A stretch of DNA of 64,000 nucleotides from Longimicrobiales bacterium. GTDB taxonomy: Bacteria; Gemmatimonadota; Gemmatimonadetes; Longimicrobiales; Gaopeijiaceae. Within the stretch, counting starts at the first letter, position 1. Each line of letters begins with the position of its first letter. The stretch lies in contig CAXXKM010000001.1 in assembly GCA_963664435.2 (NCBI GenBank), positions 32,001 through 96,000 of the forward strand, read 5' to 3'. The notes under the pieces are model-generated. The model did not search any database, had not been told where the DNA came from, and worked only from the letters and a program-made list of their open reading frames with translations. Made by a program: the position numbers and the translations under genes. Positions 56,355 to 64,000 of the stretch are shown one piece after another.

Positions 56355-58234
56355 TCATCCTCCCGCCACCAGCCTCCGGTGCTCGAACCCGGCGCTCGTG
56401 TGGGCGACCAGCTCCAGCCGGCCTTCCAGCAGGTCGTGCATGAGCCGCGTGGTGAGGGGGATTGAGCGGGTGACCTCGGTGACGTCCGGCCCGGCCAGGC
56501 GGAGCACCACCACCCCGCCCCCATCCCCGTCGGCCGCCGGGATCCGCCGCAGGACCACCCCCAGCGCGTCCTCGGCTCGACCCCCGCCAGCGTGACCCGA
56601 TACGAGAGCGTGCCCGTCGGCAGATCCATCAGGAACGCCCCCTCCACGTCCCCCTGCGGCGGGTCGAGCGCGACCAGCACCGGATCCGGCGGGCGTCCCC
56701 GTTCGAGTGGCGGCGCCCGCAGCGGTGCCCGCCGCCTGGGGCCGGCCGCCTCGAGCGCGTAGGCGAAAGCGACCAGCCGGGCGTCGTCGAGCGCGCGGCC
56801 GAGCAGTTCCAGCCCCGCCGGCACCTCCGTCCCCGTGAACCCGGCCGGCACGGTGAGCGCCGGCAGCCCGGTGTTCGCGCTCAGCGAGCAGGTGGAGCCG
56901 ACCGGAGCCGACCCGATGAGCGCGGTCTCCTGGCGCATGGTCGGGTAGGCGAGCGCGTCCAACCCCATTTCGTCCATGAAGCCGACCACCGCCTCCCGCA
57001 GTGAACGCCGGCGGGCCATCGTCTCCTCGTACTCGTCCGTGGGCCGCTCGGTACGGGCGATGCGCCGCCGGAAGGTGCCGTCCAGCGCCTCGTGGTGAAG
57101 GCCGGCCTCCACGATCTCATCGAGCGTCGACACGGGGGCGCCCGGGACCCCGGCCAGGTAGTCCATCAGGTCGAACTTGAACTCCAGGTCGATCAGGCCG
57201 GTGTTGGCGAGCAGGCTGTCGAGGTCAGGGATGGTCACGTCCACCACGTCGGCCCCCAGCGAGTCCATCCCGGCCAGGGCGGCACGCACGACCTCCGTGA
57301 TCCGCCCCCCGCCCCCGCCTTCCTCCAGCCAGTCCGCCAGAACGCCGATGCGGGCGCCCTCCAGCGCGGACGGGTCCAGGGCCGCCTGGAAGTCCGGGAC
57401 GCCGCGACCCTCCAGCACCGCCGTGGCCGGGTCGGCCGCGTCGGGTCCGACCGTCGCGTCCAGCGCGGTCGCCAGGTCGGTGACGGTGCGCGCGAGCGGG
57501 CCGCCGGTGTCCTGCGAGTGCGAGAGCGGCAGGATGCCGTCGATGCTCGACAGCCCCTTGGTGGGCCGCAGCCCGAACAGGTTGTGCACCGCCGCCGGGA
57601 TGCGGATCGAGCCGCAGGTGTCGCTCCCCCACCCCACCGCCGCGAAGCTCGCGGCCACCGCCGCCCCCGTCCCCCCCGAGCTCCCGCCCGGGTTGCGCGC
57701 GGGCTCGTAGGCGTTGCGGCTCTGCCCGCCCAGCGAACTGATGGTGGTGATCCCGGCCGCGAGCTCGTGCAGGTTGGTCTTCCCCAGGATGACCGCGCCC
57801 GCCTCCCGCAGGCGCGCAACCTGGAAGGCGTCGTCGGGGGGCCGCAGCCCCGAGAGCGCCAGGCTCGACCCGGTGGTCGGCATCCCGGCCACGTCGTAGT
57901 TGTCCTTCATCAGCACCGGAATGCCGTGCAACGGCCCGCGCACCGTCCCTGCCGCCCGCTCGCGGTCGAGCGCGTCGGCCTCATCGCCCGCCCGCGGGTT
58001 CAGGCGCGTGATGGTGTTCAGCTCCGGCCCGGCGACATCGTACGCCGCGATGCGGTCGAGGTAGAGGTCGACCAGCTGGCGCGAGGTCACGCGCCCTTCC
58101 TCCAGCGCCCGCTGAAGATCGAGGATGGAGGCCTCCGCGACCTCGAATTCGGCATCCGCGCTTCCGCCGGCGACACATCCGGCGACGGCAAGCGCGACTA
58201 CGGCCGGAAGCAGGCTATGGAGATTCATGCGCAT
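56355..58234 (-). CDS. Amidase-signature family lipoprotein with a C-terminal CHRD-like domain; apparent 1-nt frameshift near 56574
   Basis: Lipobox VAGC; LHGIPVLMKDN, GGSSGG, GSDTCGSIR. The C-terminus continues as EDALGVVLRR...GRLELVAHT in another frame to TGA at 56355. Confidence 0.85.
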
Positions 58235-58988
58235 GGGGTTTCCGCAGCAGCGCCCCCTTGCCGCCCACGCGAACGAACGGCAGATCGTGTCGGTCGATGA
58301 ATTCGCGGCAGGCCTGAAGGGCGCCGTCGCACCAGGCGGGCTCCACGCAGTCGTCCAGAACGACGCCGCCGCCGGGAACGATCCGGGGCCAGAGTGCCTC
58401 CAGCGTCACGGCCGTGGGCAGGTACAGGTCGACATCCAGAAACACCGCGGCGATCGGGCCGATTTCGTCCCAGTTCACCTTCGAGCAGTCGCCCTCGATA
58501 ATGCGGTAGTTGCTGTAGCCGAGACGGGCGAGGCTGTAGTTGAAAACGCGGGCGCTGCCATAGGAGTAGTCGGAGAGCTCCGCGGCGCGCTTGCGTCGGT
58601 TCTCGACTTCGTAGTCGATGCTCTCCCGGGTGAAACCGGCGAAGGTGTCCACGAGCACCAGGGTCCGCGGATCGCCGGTGGTTCTCAGGTGCTCCAGGAG
58701 AAAGACGGAAGTGTCTCCGCGCGCCACGCCGATCTCAACGATCGCCCCTTCGGTGCCCCGGGTAGCGTCGATCAGCCCGATCATCGCCGAGAGTTCGCCC
58801 GGGTCCACCCAGTAGCGGTACTCGGGCAGCATGGCGTTGCGTAGCCCCGGCAGCCGGTAGACGATGCGCTTGATCGTGGTCATGAGCCCGCGCGCCCGCC
58901 GGTTCAGCACGCGCACCAGGGAAATGGAGGCGCCGACGCCTGGACTCCGCGGCACGCGTGGCGCCGATGGGGTAGGAGAGGACGGCAT
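58215..58988 (-). CDS. TylF/MycF/NovP-type O-methyltransferase (start may be 58883)
   Basis: GAIVEIGVARG, VDTFAGF, FLDVDLY, PGGGVVLDD. Confidence 0.82.
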   Translation of the reverse strand: MPSSPTPSAPRVPRSPGVGASISLVRVLNRRARGLMTTIKRIVYRLPGLRNAMLPEYRYWVDPGELSAMIGLIDATRGTEGAIVEIGVARGDTSVFLLEHLRTTGDPRTLVLVDTFAGFTRESIDYEVENRRKRAAELSDYSYGSARVFNYSLARLGYSNYRIIEGDCSKVNWDEIGPIAAVFLDVDLYLPTAVTLEALWPRIVPGGGVVLDDCVEPAWCDGALQACREFIDRHDLPFVRVGGKGALLRKPHAHESP

Positions 58989-59338
58989 GGTCCGGAACCT
59001 GGAGGTTGAAGGAGGCTCGCCCGCGCCGCGAAGATGCGCGCCTTCCATGATCACAGGAAATACGGGCCCGGAAAAGATGTAGCAGACCGGGAGGGCTCCC
59101 GCCCGCTCGCAACAGCTGCCATCCTGCACGGCCGCCAGCGCAGGCAGTTGCACGCTAGCGTCGTCCCGTGACTGGCGCGACCCCGCGGGTGGCGCCACGG
59201 GCGAGGCTGCAGCAGGCCGTGCTCTTGTCGCGGTCGGTTCTGCCGAAATCGGATCGCTTCGCTAGAATCATGGTGTTCCGCGTAGGCGCCATCGGCTGAC
59301 CGAAGCCGTTGGTCGTATCCCCCGACCCGACAACCGCC

Positions 59339-60775
59339 ATGGCCGACAGACCCGACAATCGCCACGAAGCCCAGCCGCCCGCCGCCCTCAACCGCCGCGA
59401 TTTCCTGAGAGCCGGCGCGCTCGGGGTGGCGGCCGGCGCCGCTGCCGGATGCACCGAGCCCGGAGCCGAAGCGGCCACTACGGGAGCCCGGACCTCGGCC
59501 CCGGCCACCGCCACCTCCCCGCAGGGCCTCCCCGCCCCCCCGCAGCAGCCCCTCGCCGCCCCTCCCCTCGACCCCGTGCGCATCGGGTTCGTCGGCGTGG
59601 GCGGGATGGGCACGGCGCACGTCGGCAACCTGGTCCGCATCGACGGCTGCGTGGTGAGCGCCGTCTGCGACATCCGCGCCGAACACGCCGAGCGGGCCGC
59701 CGCCCTCATCGAAGAGGCGGGACACCCCCGCCCCGCCCTCTACACGCGCGGCGAGCGCGACTTCGAGCGCCTGTGCGCCGAGGAGGACCTCGACCTGGTA
59801 TACACCGCGACGCCCTGGCGCTGGCACGTACCCGTCTGCGTCGCCGCCATGGAGAACGGCAAGCACGCCGCCACCGAAGTCCCCGCCGCCTACACCCTGG
59901 ACGACTGCTGGCAGCTGGTGGAGACCGCCGAGCGCACCGAACGCCACTGCGTGATGATGGAGAACGTCAACTACGGCCGCGCCGAACTCCTCTGCCTCAA
60001 CCTGGTCCGCCAGGGGCTGCTCGGAGAGATCCTGCACGCCGAGTGCGGCTACCTGCACGACCTGCGCGAGATCAAGTTCGCCGACGAAGGCGAGGGCCTG
60101 TGGCGGCGCGCGCACTCATGGACGCGCAACGGCAACCTCTACCCCACCCACGGCCTGGGCCCGGTCGCCAACTGCATGGACATCAACCGGGGCGACCGCT
60201 TCGCCTCCCTGGTCTCGATGAGCAGCCCGTCGCGCGGCCTGCAGGAGTGGGCGGCCCTCCACTACGGCGAAGGACACCCCAGGCGCGCCGAGACCTTCGC
60301 CCTGGGCGACGTCAACGCCAGCCTCATCCAGACCGCGCTGGGGCGCACCATCTACGTGGCGCACGACACCAACCTGCCCCGTCCCTACGACCGCATCAAC
60401 AAGGTCCAGGGCACGCGCGGCATCTTCCAGGGCTATCCGGACCGGGTCTACATCGAGGGCAGCAGTCCGTCGCATCGGTGGCAGGAGGCCGAGGCGTACT
60501 ACGGCGAGTTCGAGCATCCGCTCTGGAGCGCGTTGCGCGAAGCTTCCATCGGCGCCGGCCACGGCGGCATGGACTTCATGGAAGACTATCGGTTGATCGA
60601 GTGCCTGCGCCGAGGCGAGCCCACCGACATGAACGTCTATGACGCGGCTGCCCTGAGCGCCGTTTGCGAGCTCTCGGAGATCAGCGTCGCCCAGGGCAGC
60701 GCGCCGGTACCCTTCCCCGACTTCACACGAGGAAAATGGAGGGACTGGCAGCCATGGCCCATCGTCACGGCATAG
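59339..60775 (+). CDS. Tat-exported Gfo/Idh/MocA protein, GH109 alpha-N-acetylgalactosaminidase-like
   Basis: LNRRDFLR Tat motif, GVGGMG, ATPWRWH, ATEVP, MMENVNY, NLYPTHGLGP, GHGGMD, FPDFTRG. Confidence 0.9.
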   Translation: MADRPDNRHEAQPPAALNRRDFLRAGALGVAAGAAAGCTEPGAEAATTGARTSAPATATSPQGLPAPPQQPLAAPPLDPVRIGFVGVGGMGTAHVGNLVRIDGCVVSAVCDIRAEHAERAAALIEEAGHPRPALYTRGERDFERLCAEEDLDLVYTATPWRWHVPVCVAAMENGKHAATEVPAAYTLDDCWQLVETAERTERHCVMMENVNYGRAELLCLNLVRQGLLGEILHAECGYLHDLREIKFADEGEGLWRRAHSWTRNGNLYPTHGLGPVANCMDINRGDRFASLVSMSSPSRGLQEWAALHYGEGHPRRAETFALGDVNASLIQTALGRTIYVAHDTNLPRPYDRINKVQGTRGIFQGYPDRVYIEGSSPSHRWQEAEAYYGEFEHPLWSALREASIGAGHGGMDFMEDYRLIECLRRGEPTDMNVYDAAALSAVCELSEISVAQGSAPVPFPDFTRGKWRDWQPWPIVTA

Positions 60776-61986
60776 CCGTGTTTCGCGCTGCCCCGGCGCT
60801 GTCCGCAACGGCCCTCATCGCCAGCTGCGCCGGCCCGCAGGCCGACGATCCGGGCGCTCCGCTCGAGCCGGGCGCGTCGGATATCGAAATACTGGGCACC
60901 TCCGGGTCCCTCGCAGTCGTACAGGACCTCGAGGTCTTGAGCGACGGCTCCGTCTGGGTCTTCAATTCGGTCGAGCCCTACTTCATTGGATTTAGCCCGG
61001 ACGGGGAGTCCCTCGGTGCCCACGGACGCGCCGGAGGCGGACCCGAGGAGTTCCCGATGCCCTCCGCCTTCCTCACGGGGGGATGGGAGGGCGAGGCATG
61101 GGTCTTCGATCTCCGGCGCCACGCCATGATCCGGGTTTCCCGGCCGGACGCGGACTGGGCGGAGATTCCCCTGCGGTCGGAGTCCCTGCCGCCCGGCAGC
61201 ATCCGGGGCGGAATGAACCTGGTGAGCGCGGCGGTCCGAACTGCCCGACTCGGCGGCGAAATCATCGTGCCCCGCGCGCGACCGCCGGGCGAGGGAGGCA
61301 TGCTCGGACTCCGACTCTCGCTCCTGGGAGCCGATCTGGTCGCGGTCGATCCGGAAGCAGCGGGGACCCGAACCCTCGTGACGCTCGGAGAGGTGCTGGA
61401 CGATCCATCCGGAGACTTCGTCCCAAGCGATGGCGGATTCCCGCAGTGGTATCGGCTGTGGGCCCCGTGCGGAGAGAACGTCGTGCGCGTCTATGACCGG
61501 GTGCGGCAACAGCTGCGTGGCTTCGACCGATCGGGATCGGAGGTGAACGCCATCGAACTTCCGCCCGTTCCCTTCACGGAGGTCACACCCCGACAGTTCG
61601 CCGGCGCGGTGTTCGAGCTGAGGCAGGCCGAGTTGACGGGAGACGTAAGGGGAAGGCTCGGCGAAGCGGACCGGCAGCGGGTCCTGAATCAGATGGCGCA
61701 GGGTGTCAGCGGCAGCCCGCGGGAGCTCGCGACCTACCTGCCGCATTATGTGGACTTCCGCTGCAGTGAAGACGGGACTATGTGGCTGCACCCGTTCGAT
61801 CCCGACGCCGGCGGACTGAACGGCGGTCCGCGCTGGCTGCGCATCTCGCCGAATGGAGTGCCGCGGAAAGTGCGTCTCCCCGACCGGTTCGACGCCCTGC
61901 GCTTCTCGGATTCCCGCATCTGGGGCGTCTATCGGGACGAGCTGGATGTCCCTTCCGTCGCGTCCATTCCGCTCCGGGCCGGCTGA
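60754..61986 (+). CDS. Beta-propeller lipoprotein, hypothetical (start may be GTG 60778)
   Basis: Lipobox IASC; HGRAGGGPEEF; C-terminal IWGVYRDELDVP as in the other propeller paralogs. Confidence 0.7.
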   Translation: MAHRHGIAVFRAAPALSATALIASCAGPQADDPGAPLEPGASDIEILGTSGSLAVVQDLEVLSDGSVWVFNSVEPYFIGFSPDGESLGAHGRAGGGPEEFPMPSAFLTGGWEGEAWVFDLRRHAMIRVSRPDADWAEIPLRSESLPPGSIRGGMNLVSAAVRTARLGGEIIVPRARPPGEGGMLGLRLSLLGADLVAVDPEAAGTRTLVTLGEVLDDPSGDFVPSDGGFPQWYRLWAPCGENVVRVYDRVRQQLRGFDRSGSEVNAIELPPVPFTEVTPRQFAGAVFELRQAELTGDVRGRLGEADRQRVLNQMAQGVSGSPRELATYLPHYVDFRCSEDGTMWLHPFDPDAGGLNGGPRWLRISPNGVPRKVRLPDRFDALRFSDSRIWGVYRDELDVPSVASIPLRAG

Positions 61987-62066
61987 TCTGGTGCAGCGAA
62001 CGACCCGCCGGCATCGACCGGGCCTCTGCGTCCCGCCCCTGCACGGTCCCACCTGCACGGTTTCTC

Positions 62067-64000
62067 GTGGATAACGTCCGTGGCACGGCGGTTCGTGCGT
62101 GTGGCGACGGAGTCCGTCGGCATCCGCTGGCGCTCGTCCTGTTTCTCGCGGTCGCTCCCGCGCTCGTCAGTCCCCGGGTCTCCGCGCAGGAGCCGGAGCA
62201 GGGACATGTGTTCGAGGGCAACGTGCGCGACGCGGGCACCGGTGAACCCCTGGCGGGAGCGCAGGTCTCGGTGGTCGGGAGGGAAACCAGAGCGGTGACC
62301 CGCGGGGACGGGAGCTTCCACCTGACCGGGTTGGCCGCGGGCGGGTACGTCCTTCGAGCCGACCGTCTGGGATACAGGGGCGCCACCGTTGTGGTAACCG
62401 TGGGGACCGAGCGCGCGCGCCGAGCGGTGGCGGAGTCGGCAGAGGTCGTGATCGAGCTGGTGCCGTCTCCCATTGCGCTGGAGAACCTGGTGGTGACGGC
62501 CACGATCAGCGAGCGGGCCGCGGCCGAGGCGCTACGGCCGGTCAGCGTCATGGCCGGCGATGTCCTGCAGCGCCAGATGACGGCGACCGTGGCGGGGACC
62601 CTGGCGTCAATGCCCGGGCTGGCCGCCACCAGGATGGGTCCATCGGTTGCGCAGCCGGTGATCCGGGGACTGAGCGGGGATCGGGTACTGATGCTCGAGG
62701 ACGGGATTGCGGTCGGGGACGCCTCCAACTCGGGCGCGGACCACACGACCGCACTCGACCCTTCGTCGGCACGGCGGATCGAGGTTGTGCGGGGTCCGGG
62801 TGCTCTGCTCTACGGAGGCAACGCGCTGGGCGGGGTCATCAACGTCATCCGCGACGAGATTCCGTCCGCCGTGCCGCGCCACCTGACGGGCGCGGCGACA
62901 CTGCAGACGCAGACCGCGACCGGCTCGCTGGCCGGCAGCGCGACATCCGTCTTCGCCATCTCGGAGAGCGTGCCGCTGCGTGTGGAGGTGGCCGCACGGA
63001 CGGCGGGAGATCTGAAGACGCCGGCCGGCACGCTTCTCAACACCGACGGCGAACTGTTGAGCGGGGGTGCGGGGACGGCCTGGCTGTCCGATTGGGGTCG
63101 CGTGGGGACGTCCTTCCGCGGCTACCGCAACTACTACGGCATCCCGGGCGGCTTCGTGGGTGGGCACGAGGAGGGGGTGCGCATCGAAATGGAGCGATTC
63201 TCATCGAAGTTGCGGACCGCGGTCGAGGAGCCGGTCGGGCCCTTCCGCAACCTCCGCTTCGACGCGACACACTCCTGGTACACGCACCGCGAGATCGAGG
63301 CATCGGACATTGTGGGGACGATCTTCGAGCAGCAGAGCGCGAGCGCGGATGTCCTGGGTCGGCATGGGCGTTGGGGTCCGTTTACGGCGGGTGCGATGGG
63401 CGGCCGAGCGTCGTGGGAGGATTTCGGATACGGGGGATCGCTGTACACGCCGGACACGCGTCGGCTCAAGGCGGCCCTGTACCTGCTCGAGGAGGTCGAT
63501 CTGGGCTCCCTCCAGATCGAGTCGGGGCTGCGCTACGACTGGACCCTGACCGATCCGGGGGAGGATCGGATTTCGGACATCGGTGAGATCCGTGACCGCA
63601 GGTTCCCCTCCCTGTCGGGGTCGTTGGGTGTCCTCTACAACTCCGCCTCGGGGCTGGTGCTCGGCGCAAGCGTTGTCCGGGCGTTCCGCACGCCCGACGT
63701 CACCGAACTCTACTCGGAAGGGCCGCATCTGGCGGCCTACGTCTTTGAAGTCGGAAATCCGTCTCTGGAGGGCGAGGTCGGGAAGGGGCTCGACGTCTTC
63801 GTCCGCTACGAATCCGAACGACTGAGGGCCGAGGTGACCGGCTTCCACAACGACATCAGGAACCACATCTACGGGGAGGACACGGGCCGCCTGAGCCGCG
63901 TCCGCCTCCCCATTTATCAGTTCCGGGGCAACGACGCCGTGTTCACCGGCTTCGAGGCCGGCGTGGACGTTGACGCCGGGCGGGGGCTGGCGCTGGAGGG
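62067..64000 (+). CDS. TonB-dependent receptor, ZnuD-like plug (runs off the window)
   Basis: Manual translation: signal peptide (VSA-Q), GNVRDAGTGEPLAGA N-domain, PVIRGLSGDRVLMLEDG...GADH, IEVVRGPGALLYGGNALGGVINV. Confidence 0.88.
   Translation, partial: MDNVRGTAVRACGDGVRRHPLALVLFLAVAPALVSPRVSAQEPEQGHVFEGNVRDAGTGEPLAGAQVSVVGRETRAVTRGDGSFHLTGLAAGGYVLRADRLGYRGATVVVTVGTERARRAVAESAEVVIELVPSPIALENLVVTATISERAAAEALRPVSVMAGDVLQRQMTATVAGTLASMPGLAATRMGPSVAQPVIRGLSGDRVLMLEDGIAVGDASNSGADHTTALDPSSARRIEVVRGPGALLYGGNALGGVINVIRDEIPSAVPRHLTGAATLQTQTATGSLAGSATSVFAISESVPLRVEVAARTAGDLKTPAGTLLNTDGELLSGGAGTAWLSDWGRVGTSFRGYRNYYGIPGGFVGGHEEGVRIEMERFSSKLRTAVEEPVGPFRNLRFDATHSWYTHREIEASDIVGTIFEQQSASADVLGRHGRWGPFTAGAMGGRASWEDFGYGGSLYTPDTRRLKAALYLLEEVDLGSLQIESGLRYDWTLTDPGEDRISDIGEIRDRRFPSLSGSLGVLYNSASGLVLGASVVRAFRTPDVTELYSEGPHLAAYVFEVGNPSLEGEVGKGLDVFVRYESERLRAEVTGFHNDIRNHIYGEDTGRLSRVRLPIYQFRGNDAVFTGFEAGVDVDAGRGLALE

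Noticed and set aside
55940..56570. C-terminal extension of the 764-aa amidase ORF in the track
   Set aside because: Out-of-frame read-through after the frameshift; it overlaps a plausible opposite-strand gene.
59100..59210. GC-rich stems between the methyltransferase and GH109 as a riboswitch
   Set aside because: No recognisable riboswitch consensus; pairing is explained by GC content.

Overview
Gene-dense, very GC-rich bacterial chromosomal segment with about 50 genes. A Gemmatimonadota-like origin is inferred from the protein repertoire and is not proven. I saw no rRNA, tRNA, CRISPR array, transposase, integrase or phage genes. Main blocks in order: (1) partial NfeD and a secreted Vps10/BNR protein; (2) a CoA-dependent catabolic operon (enoyl-CoA hydratase, ALDH, thiolase, 3-hydroxyacyl-CoA dehydrogenase, second hydratase, SSS transporter, chorismate mutase); (3) acyl-CoA dehydrogenase, rng, rplU, rpmA; (4) recQ and many exported hydrolases and beta-propellers; (5) a meaB, B12-binding subunit, carboxyltransferase, split AtuA and hydratase operon; (6) hutF divergent from hutI plus a two-subunit aconitase X, separated by two identical 19-bp palindromes; (7) a DadA-like oxidoreductase, pdxH, a DapF with both catalytic Cys replaced by Ser, and a GPP34 protein; (8) tandem-duplicated DASS transporters; (9) S9 and M20 peptidases, an amidase, a TylF methyltransferase, GH109 and a partial TonB-dependent receptor. 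The best leads are the hut/AcnX regulon, the Ser/Ser DapF, the B12/AtuA operon and the short tandem repeats at gene junctions. Two genes carry apparent 1-nt frameshifts. All family calls come from motif recognition by eye; no database searches were run.
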